A DNA stretch of 56,618 nt from a virus: the IMG/VR virus record IMGVR_UViG_3300045391_004489, one strand, 5' to 3'. Below the pieces are notes generated by a model. That model was not told the DNA's origin. It was given only the letters and a program-made list of their open reading frames with translations, and did not search any database. Positions within the stretch are counted from its first letter, which is position 1; every line of letters begins with the position of its first letter. A program made the position numbers and the translations under genes. Positions 23,414 through 31,635 of the stretch are shown here, one piece after another.

Positions 23414-25176
23414 GCGCTAAGTACTTCGGCGGACAGCCTCCCTGGGAGGCTTATCCGTTCCCGACCGGCATATCTCCGACGTTCTTACCGGATGAGGACG
23501 GCGAGCGAGCCTCCACCTACGATTCTCTCGAGTCGATGTACTGGTCTGAGGATGCGTCGTACACCCTGCGAGTCATCGTCACCGAGCAGCCGATCTACTC
23601 GCCCAACCCGCGCATCGTAGTGGACACGATCAGCCACTACCTGCTGAAGGGGTTGTGCATCAAGGTCCAGGACCCGGAGAAGCACAAGCAGGAGAACGAG
23701 GATCTCGAGGACTTCCTCGACCGGGAGATGTTCTACCCGCGGTTCCACATCGCCAAGCATGGCGGCTGTATCCGGGGCGACTTCTGCCTCCACATGACCG
23801 CCGACCCCTCGAAGCCCGCCGGCAAGCGAGTCTCGCTCACGCCGGTGCACCCGGGCAAGGTAGTCCGCAAATTCGACGACGACGACGGTGAGCACGTCAC
23901 CGAGGCCTGGATCGTCGAGCCCTACGTGGACAGCGACGACCCCGAAGCCAACCTGGTCCGACGTCTGCACTACTGGTACGTCGAGGATGACACCTCGACC
24001 AAGACCGATGACCCCGAGATCCACACCTCGGCGATGGCGACCGCGATGGACGCCGACATCTCCAAGGCCACCGCCATGCGGCTGGTGTGGAGCGAGGAAG
24101 AGATCCTCCAGGACAACGATAAGCTGTGGGGCACCGAGGAGGAAGTAGTGCAGGTGCTCAACGCACCGGCGCCGCTTCCCGACGAGATCAACCACATTCC
24201 GGTATTCTGGTTCAAGAACATCGCCATGGACGGTCAGCCCTTCGGTTCCTCCGATCTCCGCGGTCTTGAGCGGGTCTTCCGGGGTGTCTCGCAGCAGACC
24301 ACCGACCTGAACGTGGCCATGGCGCTGGACGGTCTCGGTCAGTACGTCACCGATGCACCTCCGCCCACCGGCCCGAACGGGGCTGAACTCAGTTGGACCA
24401 TCGAGCCGGGCATGGTTCAGCAGGTGCCGAACGGCAACTTCTTCAAGCGCGTCGAGGGTGTGGGATCGGTCCAGCCGATGCTCGACACCATCAAGTACGC
24501 GGAGTCGAAGATCGGTGACGCCGCCGGCATCACCTCGGTCTCCACGGGTAACGTGCAACCCGCCACAGCATCCAATCCGATGGCGCTGGCGGTGAACTTC
24601 CTGCCGACGCTGTCGAAGATCCAGGAGCGAGACCACATCGGTATCGCTCGGCTCAAGCACGTCTTCCACATGTGGACTCAGTTTCGGGAGGCCTACGAGA
24701 ACAAGGCCTGGCCCGACAAGCTGAAGATCCTGGTGGAGATTGGTGAGAAGCTGCCCCAGGACAGGACCGCTCGGGTGAACGAGCTGAACAACATGCTCGA
24801 CCGCGACGTCATCTCGAAGCAGTACTACCGCGAAGAGATGACGAAGCTCGGCTACGAGTTCCCCGACGACATCCAGGATCAGATCGACGAAGAGCGCGAG
24901 AAGGAACTGGAATACAACGCGCCCGAAGATCAAGTCGCAAACGTCCCCGCAGAGACCGCGCTTGCTGCAGCAGCCGCGGGTTTGCAGGGTGCAGCTGGAC
25001 AGGGTGATCCGGCCCAGCTGCCGGCTGGGGTTAACGGTCAGAAATCTACGACTCTGCCCGGCAAGCCCAACCAGAGTAACAACGCCAAGAAGACCAACGA
25101 GTCCGACGGGACTGAGTCGGGTCAGAAGTTGGCGCGGCAGACCACTGCCAAGAAGAAACCGGCCGCTAAGGCGTGA
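23410..25176 (+). CDS. Portal protein
   Basis: 588 aa, ATGA-coupled to TerL; position and size. Confidence 0.85.
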   Translation: MSAKYFGGQPPWEAYPFPTGISPTFLPDEDGERASTYDSLESMYWSEDASYTLRVIVTEQPIYSPNPRIVVDTISHYLLKGLCIKVQDPEKHKQENEDLEDFLDREMFYPRFHIAKHGGCIRGDFCLHMTADPSKPAGKRVSLTPVHPGKVVRKFDDDDGEHVTEAWIVEPYVDSDDPEANLVRRLHYWYVEDDTSTKTDDPEIHTSAMATAMDADISKATAMRLVWSEEEILQDNDKLWGTEEEVVQVLNAPAPLPDEINHIPVFWFKNIAMDGQPFGSSDLRGLERVFRGVSQQTTDLNVAMALDGLGQYVTDAPPPTGPNGAELSWTIEPGMVQQVPNGNFFKRVEGVGSVQPMLDTIKYAESKIGDAAGITSVSTGNVQPATASNPMALAVNFLPTLSKIQERDHIGIARLKHVFHMWTQFREAYENKAWPDKLKILVEIGEKLPQDRTARVNELNNMLDRDVISKQYYREEMTKLGYEFPDDIQDQIDEEREKELEYNAPEDQVANVPAETALAAAAAGLQGAAGQGDPAQLPAGVNGQKSTTLPGKPNQSNNAKKTNESDGTESGQKLARQTTAKKKPAAKA

Positions 25177-25202
25177 CGCCTAGGCAAGGAAGGAGAAGCG
25201 TG

Positions 25203-25928
25203 ATGCTTCCCAAGAGTGAACTGGCCCCGTGGCTCAAGAGCGTGATGCTCGTCGGGTACGAGGACCAGGACCCGCAGGGCGGTACCGGCACCGAGGGTGA
25301 TCCTGGTGACGGCGATCCGACCGACGGCGACCCGAGCCCCGAGCCCGACAACGACGGTCTGAAGAAGGCCCTCGCCGCCGAACGTCTCCGGAACAAGAAC
25401 CTCGAGAAGCGGCTGCGTGATGCGACCGCATCGAAGGGTGCGACCGGGGATGACGACGAGGAGCCCTCGGACGAGCCTCAGGAATCCGAGAAGGGCAAGG
25501 GCAAGTCATCGCGCAGCCCCGCTGCCCGAGCGGCTGAGGAGAAGCTCCAGAGGGTCACCGCCGCATTCGTCAAGTCGTCCTTCCGTTCCACCGTTCGTGA
25601 TCTCGCCACCAACTTCGTCGACCCGGACGATGCGGTGGCCGCGCTCGACATGAGTCTGATCAACCACGAGCAGGACGAGGACGATCCCTCCAACATCGTG
25701 TGGGACGAGTCCGAGATCAAGACCGCACTGAAGGATCTCGCCAAGAGGAAGCCCCACTTCCTGAAGGCGGCCGACGCCGGCAACGGCGCACAGACTCCCA
25801 GGCGACCGAGCGGTTCCAAGTTCGGCGGCGCCGGGAAGCCCAGCACCCAGCAGACTCCACAACAGAAGCTGGACGACTATCAGCGTCGCTTCCCGGCTTT
25901 CCGTGGGGTCGTCGCACCCCCCAAGTAG
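25203..25928 (+). CDS. Scaffolding protein
   Basis: Acidic, low-complexity, helical protein between portal and capsid genes; SD ggaaggag. Confidence 0.7.
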   Translation: MLPKSELAPWLKSVMLVGYEDQDPQGGTGTEGDPGDGDPTDGDPSPEPDNDGLKKALAAERLRNKNLEKRLRDATASKGATGDDDEEPSDEPQESEKGKGKSSRSPAARAAEEKLQRVTAAFVKSSFRSTVRDLATNFVDPDDAVAALDMSLINHEQDEDDPSNIVWDESEIKTALKDLAKRKPHFLKAADAGNGAQTPRRPSGSKFGGAGKPSTQQTPQQKLDDYQRRFPAFRGVVAPPK

Positions 25929-25942
25929 AAAGTAGGTGAACC

Positions 25943-26398
25943 ATGGCCGACGCACGGTACGACAAGGTCAACCCCGACGTTGGGCTCTTCCGGGCTCCGC
26001 TCGCCGCCGCGATCAACAGCGGTTCGGTGACCGCGACCGGCGGCTACGGTCCGGTCGCTTGCTCGCTCAACGCGAGTGGCCAGGTCGTCATCGGCACCGC
26101 GGGCCAGTCCGGCTTCGTCGGCGTCTTCGTCAAGAACTTCCCGCTCTACCCCCGGCTGGGTAACATCCCGGGGCAGCCGAACCTGGCGGTGCCGATCGGC
26201 GGCGAGGCGGGAGCGATCGTCGACGTGATGACCGCCGGCGAGATCAACAACGTCAACCTCACGGCGGGTACGAAGTACTACGCCAAGAGCGACGGTACCC
26301 TCTCGACCACCTCCACCGACGGTCCGCTCGTCGGCTGGACGGTCGAGGCCACCCGACTCATCGTCCGCACCGGCTTCGCCCAGGTCGCGGGCTCCTAA
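25943..26398 (+). CDS. Head decoration-like protein (DUF2190-like, tentative)
   Basis: 151 aa, Gly-rich beta-type sequence immediately upstream of the capsid gene. Confidence 0.55.
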   Translation: MADARYDKVNPDVGLFRAPLAAAINSGSVTATGGYGPVACSLNASGQVVIGTAGQSGFVGVFVKNFPLYPRLGNIPGQPNLAVPIGGEAGAIVDVMTAGEINNVNLTAGTKYYAKSDGTLSTTSTDGPLVGWTVEATRLIVRTGFAQVAGS

Positions 26399-26418
26399 CC
26401 AAGGAAGGAGGTAGCCTG

Positions 26419-27657
26419 ATGCAGACTCTGCTGTATGGTGAGACGCCCGTCGTCCACACCAACGCGGTGACGAAGAGGAACATCTTCGCCCGCATGCTCG
26501 AGGGCGAAGACCTCGACACGATGATGCTCCGAGGGTTCGACGAGGGTACCCTCGAGCGATCCGACGTGCTGGTCCAGGCGGCCGACGGCTCGGACATCAA
26601 CGAGATCTGGAACGACATCCAGCAGGCGCTGTCGATGTGGAACACGCAGCGCAACCGGCTGGTCGACTACCTGACCTTCCCGGTCGACGAGGTCATCAGC
26701 TACGTGGGTGTTCCGGTCGAGGTCGACTTCGAGAAGGCCTCGGAGTACGGCAAGCCGCAGGGCATCCGCGGTTCCGGGTACTACTACCGGGGCTACGACT
26801 TCGAGTTCTACGACCTGGCCATTCGGTACACCTGGATGTTCCTGGCCGAGTCCTCGCGTCAGCAGATCGACAACTACACCAACATGGCGTTCGAGGCGGA
26901 CAACCGCCTGCTGTTCAAGAAGGTCATGTCGACCGTCTTCAACAGCGCCAACGGTGTGGGCGTCGCGGACAAGAACATCCCGACCACGGTGTATAAGTTC
27001 TACAACGGCGACGGCGAGGTTCCGCCGGCGTACAAGAACATCACCTTCACCGGGTCCCACACGCACTACTACACGTCGTACTCGCTGCCCAGCCAGGTCA
27101 GCAACGCGGCGCTGCAGCCCGCCACGATCGACGACCTCGAGACGGACTTCTACAACCACGGCTACACCCTCCAGAACGGCTTCGACCTGGTGCTCTGGGT
27201 CAACCGCCAGGAGGGCCTGAAGATGCGCCAGTTCAAGGTGCTGAACGGGGCCCGGTACGACTTCATCCCGTCGCAGAACTTCGGCGGCGGCGTGCTGATC
27301 CCGTTCAACTCCGGCATCGTGGGTCGCCCGGACGGTTCGCCGGTCGACGGTCAGATCGGCACCTACGGTCCGTGGCACATCGTCGAGGAGCCCTACATCC
27401 CGGCGGGCTACGTCGCGGCCTTCGCTTCGGGTGGCTTCGCGAACCTCAACAATCCGGTCGGCTTCCGGGAGCACGCGAACCCGGCCTACCGCGGCCTGCA
27501 GCTGGTGCCCGGCGACAACGGTGCGTACCCGCTGAAGGAAGCGCACTACCGGCGCGGCTTCGGCACCGGTGTCCGGCAGCGCGGCGGCGGCATCGTCGTG
27601 CAGCTGGTGTCCAACACGTCCACCACGTACACGGTCCCGACCGCGTACAACGCGTAG
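26419..27657 (+). CDS. Major capsid protein
   Basis: 412 aa; position after scaffold and decoration genes; SD aaggaagg. Confidence 0.8.
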   Translation: MQTLLYGETPVVHTNAVTKRNIFARMLEGEDLDTMMLRGFDEGTLERSDVLVQAADGSDINEIWNDIQQALSMWNTQRNRLVDYLTFPVDEVISYVGVPVEVDFEKASEYGKPQGIRGSGYYYRGYDFEFYDLAIRYTWMFLAESSRQQIDNYTNMAFEADNRLLFKKVMSTVFNSANGVGVADKNIPTTVYKFYNGDGEVPPAYKNITFTGSHTHYYTSYSLPSQVSNAALQPATIDDLETDFYNHGYTLQNGFDLVLWVNRQEGLKMRQFKVLNGARYDFIPSQNFGGGVLIPFNSGIVGRPDGSPVDGQIGTYGPWHIVEEPYIPAGYVAAFASGGFANLNNPVGFREHANPAYRGLQLVPGDNGAYPLKEAHYRRGFGTGVRQRGGGIVVQLVSNTSTTYTVPTAYNA

Positions 27658-27671
27658 TAGGAAGGAGGATC

Positions 27672-28007
27672 ATGGCTGAAATGAAGGAGCCCCCGGCTCT
27701 GAAGGACCGGAACGGTGAGAAGATCGTCGTCTTCCGCAACTCGGACGGTTCGTTCTTCTCAAACCATCCGGACTACCCGATGGCGCTGGCCCTGCACGAG
27801 CAGGCTCAGACCGACGACGAGGTCGAGGAGGACGAGGCTCCCACGCCGGACAACGGCGACGGGCAGGTCCAGTACTCCGAGATGAAGTCCGCCGACCTGG
27901 TCGCCGCGGCTAAGGATCGGGGTATGTCGGTTCCCTCGGGCACCAAGCGATCCCAGGTGATCGCGATGCTCGAGGAGGACGACGCGAAGGCCACGGAGGC
28001 CAAGTAG
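27672..28007 (+). CDS. Small protein with HeH/Rho-N-like motif
   Basis: SD gaaggagg; MKSADLVAAAKDRGMSVPSGTKRSQVIAMLEE. Confidence 0.55.
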   Translation: MAEMKEPPALKDRNGEKIVVFRNSDGSFFSNHPDYPMALALHEQAQTDDEVEEDEAPTPDNGDGQVQYSEMKSADLVAAAKDRGMSVPSGTKRSQVIAMLEEDDAKATEAK

Positions 28008-28008
28008 C

Positions 28009-28353
28009 ATGAGTGTGGATCTGGCCCCCGCGGATCTGGTCCGCCTTCAGTGCGGCGAGTCCATCCCTGACGATGGTGACGACAGCGACACCTTGTTCAC
28101 GGATGGCCAGATCCAGACTTTCCTCGACCAGTGCAACCAGATGATCAACGCTGCTACGGCGATGGCCTGGCGGGCCAAGGCCGCGATCTTCGCGACCCAG
28201 GTCGACGTTGTCGAGGGTAACTCGCAGCGTAAGATGTCCCAGGCTTATCAGCAAGCTAAGTCCCAGGCAACTTTCTGGGCTTCGCAACCTGAGAACAACT
28301 CGCTCATCGGTAAGTCCCGTCAGATCATCAATCGACGGAGCATGCCTTGGTAG
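28009..28353 (+). CDS. Head-tail connector protein
   Basis: Size and position. Confidence 0.6.
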   Translation: MSVDLAPADLVRLQCGESIPDDGDDSDTLFTDGQIQTFLDQCNQMINAATAMAWRAKAAIFATQVDVVEGNSQRKMSQAYQQAKSQATFWASQPENNSLIGKSRQIINRRSMPW

Positions 28354-28760
28354 CCAAGATCACAGCGCAGATGCGCGTTGAGATCGGCCTACGACGGAGG
28401 AGCCTGTCGGCTTACATCGCCGCGGATCCGATCGAGATCGTGTTCACTCGATACCCCCGCATCGACGATGGTGCGGGGGGCTGGCGACGCGGTACACCCG
28501 TCGAGGTCGGTCCACAGATCATGCGGCTCGTGCCCTACAAGCGGCGACTCTCGTCGCTGACGGACATGGTCACTGCCGGCGAGATTCCCAACGTGCAGTA
28601 CTCGTTGTTGGCGCTGTATGACGCAGACGTTCAGCGATACGACGAGTTTCAGCTGCGGGATGAGTGGATGAAGGTCGTCGGTGTGGAACCGAAGAGCAGC
28701 ATCCCCGAGATGTCAGACCGGCTGACAGTACTCATCGAGATTCGGGACAAGGCAACCTAG
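28347..28760 (+). CDS. Head-tail adaptor / head closure protein
   Basis: Size and position; TTG start. Confidence 0.55.
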   Translation: MVAKITAQMRVEIGLRRRSLSAYIAADPIEIVFTRYPRIDDGAGGWRRGTPVEVGPQIMRLVPYKRRLSSLTDMVTAGEIPNVQYSLLALYDADVQRYDEFQLRDEWMKVVGVEPKSSIPEMSDRLTVLIEIRDKAT

Positions 28761-28769
28761 GAGGTCGCC

Positions 28770-29141
28770 ATGGCTGGTCTCTCAGGCTTCTTCTTCACTG
28801 ACACCTCCCTCGCGGTCGGCCTCGCGGAGGCTGACATCGAGGTGGTTAAGCAGATGGAGGAGGTTCTGCTCGAGGTTGCCTCCCGATCTTTGGAATACGC
28901 CAAGGCTAACGCGCCTTGGACTGACCGAACAGGCAACGCCCGTAACGGTTTGGACGTCGCCGTCGAGAACGACGGCAACGCCCTGATCATGGAGCTGTTC
29001 CACACGGTTGACTACGGCCTCTGGTTGGAAGTCATCCAGAACGGGCGGTTCGCCATCATCATGCCCACACTCCAGGGCTACGCGCTGGAGCAACTGGGCT
29101 CGGATCAAGTGATCGCCTCAGTGGTCGGGGAGGGGGACTGA
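28770..29141 (+). CDS. HK97 gp10-like neck/tail protein
   Basis: APWTDRTGNARNGL motif; position. Confidence 0.65.
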   Translation: MAGLSGFFFTDTSLAVGLAEADIEVVKQMEEVLLEVASRSLEYAKANAPWTDRTGNARNGLDVAVENDGNALIMELFHTVDYGLWLEVIQNGRFAIIMPTLQGYALEQLGSDQVIASVVGEGD

Positions 29142-29551
29142 TGCTCGCTCGGCAGTGGGTCTTTCAGACTCTCGTCAACGACTCGGGAGTAGGCGAGATA
29201 GTCGACGATCGAATCCTCGCTAACCAATCGGGGATGACCGCTCAGATTGGGCGACCGTTCCTGGTGCTTAAGTTCGGCAACGACAGCGACGAGCAGCAGT
29301 TCGACGACCCCGACATCCCACAGCGACCACACCGCCAGTTTCTCGAGGTGTGGTGCCACGATTCTCGGCCGAGTTATACACAGATTGATGAACTCGTGGC
29401 CGCCGTCAGGGAGGCGCTCCGGGTTGACCAGATCGCACCTGACGCGCATATAATGGCGGTGAAATACCTTGAGACAAGTGCTGACATGGATGACCAGACT
29501 ATGGACACGGTACTTCGGTACATCCGATTCCAGCTGGTCATGTCAGAGTGA
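29141..29551 (+). CDS. Tail completion/terminator-like protein
   Basis: Size and position. Confidence 0.55.
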   Translation: MLARQWVFQTLVNDSGVGEIVDDRILANQSGMTAQIGRPFLVLKFGNDSDEQQFDDPDIPQRPHRQFLEVWCHDSRPSYTQIDELVAAVREALRVDQIAPDAHIMAVKYLETSADMDDQTMDTVLRYIRFQLVMSE

Positions 29552-29561
29552 AGGGAGTTAC

Positions 29562-30011
29562 ATGTTCAACGTCCTGAAGTACATCGGCGACAGCGCCAAG
29601 CGGATCCTCACCACCGAGGACCTGAAGAACCTCGGTGCCACCGAGGACAATCTGAAGTCTCTGTCCGGCAACACCGTCCTCACCTTCGTCAAGGGCGTGG
29701 CGCACGACGTCGAGGCAGGACTGGCCAGCTTCATCGCCAGCCACCCGACGCTGAGCAACGAGTTCCACATGCTCTCCGACGAGGAGGCCGCCGACGAGAC
29801 CGAGATCAAGAGCCCGGTGACCGAGGCGGCAGCCCCGGGCTCCACCGAGCCGGCCGGCACTACGCCGGCGGCAGAGTCCTCGCCGGCGGAGACCTCCACC
29901 ACAGAGTCCGCCGCGCCGGCCGAGCCTTCGCCGGCCACGACCGAGGTGGCGGCTGACGCGACCACCGAGGCCACGACGCCGTCGACCGACACCCCGACCG
30001 CGACCGCCTGA
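29562..30011 (+). CDS. Hypothetical protein with Thr/Pro/Ala/Glu-rich C-terminus
   Basis: ATG 29562 after SD aagggag. Confidence 0.5.
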   Translation: MFNVLKYIGDSAKRILTTEDLKNLGATEDNLKSLSGNTVLTFVKGVAHDVEAGLASFIASHPTLSNEFHMLSDEEAADETEIKSPVTEAAAPGSTEPAGTTPAAESSPAETSTTESAAPAEPSPATTEVAADATTEATTPSTDTPTATA

Positions 30012-30028
30012 TCGCGCGCGATCGATAA

Positions 30029-30070
30029 GCGAGGGGCCCTCTCAGGGAAGCCTGGGAAGGGCCTCTTCGC
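30029..30070 (+). terminator. Branched GC-rich hairpin
   Basis: gcgaggggccc ... gggcctcttcgc with inner cagg-gaag-cctg. Confidence 0.45.
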
Positions 30071-30133
30071 ATGTCAGCGCCCGATTGTCGGGTCATCAGG
30101 CGCGCGACTAAACCTAAGCGCTTAGGAGATCCG

Positions 30134-30370
30134 ATGGTCGAACTCAGATGTCCGGGCACGATGCACGCCCGCATAGATCTCGAGTCCATGTCGCTCGAAG
30201 TCAAGTGCAAGCGTCGAGGGTGTGGAGCTGCGCCAGGAGTGGTGGTGCTCCACACCTTCTCGCTGACCTCAGGTCGGCTGCTACAGACCCGGCGGTTCCA
30301 AGACCCAGCAAGTAGAGAGGAGGGTCGACATGACCCTGCCCAGTCCGTCCCTGCCGTTCGGGCTGCGTGA
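30134..30370 (+). CDS. Possible Com-like zinc-ribbon micro-protein
   Basis: SD aggag; MVELRCPGTMHARIDLESMSLEVKCKRRGCG; overlaps the major tail gene start. Confidence 0.25.
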   Translation: MVELRCPGTMHARIDLESMSLEVKCKRRGCGAAPGVVVLHTFSLTSGRLLQTRRFQDPASREEGRHDPAQSVPAVRAA

Positions 30371-30878
30371 CGTCAAGGTTTTCCCCATCGACGACCAAGG
30401 CAACGTCGGCTCGGGTGTGGACCTGCCCGCGGCGCAGACCTTCAGCTTCAAGGAAGCTGAGACCTTCGAGATGCTGAAGGGCGACGACCTGACGCTCGCC
30501 AGCCACGGTGGTGGCCCGACCGTCTCGTGGGAGCTTGAGTCCGGTGGTATCTCCATGGAGGCCTACGCGGTCATCATGGGTGGCACCATCACCACGTCCG
30601 GCTCGGAGCCCAACCTGGTCAAGACGTACTCCAAGGGTGCGCTCGACCAGAAGCCGTATTTCCAGGTGGAGGGTCAGGCCATCTCCGACTCAGGCGGTGA
30701 CTTCCACGCGGTCGTCTACCGCTGCAAGGCGGACGGCGGCTTCGACGGCTCCTTCGCCAACTCGAAGTTCTGGGTGTCCAAGGCCACGGGCACCGGCTTC
30801 GGCAACGTGCAGTCCGGCGGCGACCTGAAGCTGTACGACTTCGTGCAGAACGAGGCCGTCACCGCTATAGTCTCCTAG
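30330..30878 (+). CDS. Major tail protein
   Basis: 182 aa; SD gagaggagg; position upstream of the chaperones and tape measure. Confidence 0.75.
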   Translation: MTLPSPSLPFGLRDVKVFPIDDQGNVGSGVDLPAAQTFSFKEAETFEMLKGDDLTLASHGGGPTVSWELESGGISMEAYAVIMGGTITTSGSEPNLVKTYSKGALDQKPYFQVEGQAISDSGGDFHAVVYRCKADGGFDGSFANSKFWVSKATGTGFGNVQSGGDLKLYDFVQNEAVTAIVS

Positions 30879-30905
30879 TCAACTGGCTGATCCCCAGGAG
30901 GACCA

Positions 30906-31427
30906 ATGCCAACCTCACCCCGCAAGAAAGTAACACCCGTCGCCGATTGGAAGAAGGCGCCGGAGCCCATCGAGTTGCCGTCGGGCAAGTTCATCTCGCT
31001 CAGCAACGCGAGTCTGTCGTCCTTCGTCGTCACTGGCCAGATTCCCAACTCGCTCATGTCTGTGATCACCGGCGCGGTGAACACGAAGAAGGGCAAGGGC
31101 AAGCAGACGGAGCAGGAGACCATGGACCAGATTCTCGAGAACCCGAAGGCTCTCGAGGACATGTTCCGCGCCGTCGATATCTACGTCTGCGGCATCGCGC
31201 TCGACCCCCAGATCCACATGGTCCCCGAGAACGAGGACCGAGACCCCGATCTGCTGTACATCGACGAGATCGAGCAGGCCGACAAGATGTACATCTTCCA
31301 GCGAGGCATCGGAGGTACCACCGATCTGGAGACCTTTCGTCGAGAATTTGCCGCAGGTGTGGATCTTGTACAATCAGGCGAAGACGTGGAGCTGCCGCCC
31401 AAGCGTGCTGCTCGATCTCGGCGCTGA
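30906..31427 (+). CDS. Tail assembly chaperone
   Basis: Position immediately upstream of the tape measure; acidic. Confidence 0.7.
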   Translation: MPTSPRKKVTPVADWKKAPEPIELPSGKFISLSNASLSSFVVTGQIPNSLMSVITGAVNTKKGKGKQTEQETMDQILENPKALEDMFRAVDIYVCGIALDPQIHMVPENEDRDPDLLYIDEIEQADKMYIFQRGIGGTTDLETFRREFAAGVDLVQSGEDVELPPKRAARSRR

Positions 31428-31632
31428 TCCCTACCGCTCGTATTGCCTCGACGAGGCGGTGGGTTTCTTTGGCAACATGGTTGAGAATGAACTCAACCAA
31501 TGTGAAGGTCAGGGGCAAGATCTCCACAGAGCGAGACAGGTAGTTCTCGACTCTTACTTCGGTAAGGATGAGGCACCCGCCAAGGGTCTCTACGCAGACC
31601 CGGCGGTTATGTTCGGTGGTGTCAAGGCGTAG
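31348..31632 (+). CDS. Tail assembly chaperone extension (recoding product) or independent small gene
   Basis: Protein-like ORF overlapping the chaperone end in the +1 frame and stopping 4 nt before the tape measure start. Confidence 0.5.
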   Translation: MPQVWILYNQAKTWSCRPSVLLDLGADPYRSYCLDEAVGFFGNMVENELNQCEGQGQDLHRARQVVLDSYFGKDEAPAKGLYADPAVMFGGVKA

Positions 31633-31635
31633 GAG

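Noticed and set aside
30947-31543. The -1 frame ORF as the canonical tail-chaperone frameshift product
   Set aside because: Its sequence past the chaperone stop is Arg/Ser/Thr-rich and not protein-like. It also ends ~90 nt short of the tape measure gene. The +1-frame ORF is protein-like and abuts the tape measure start.
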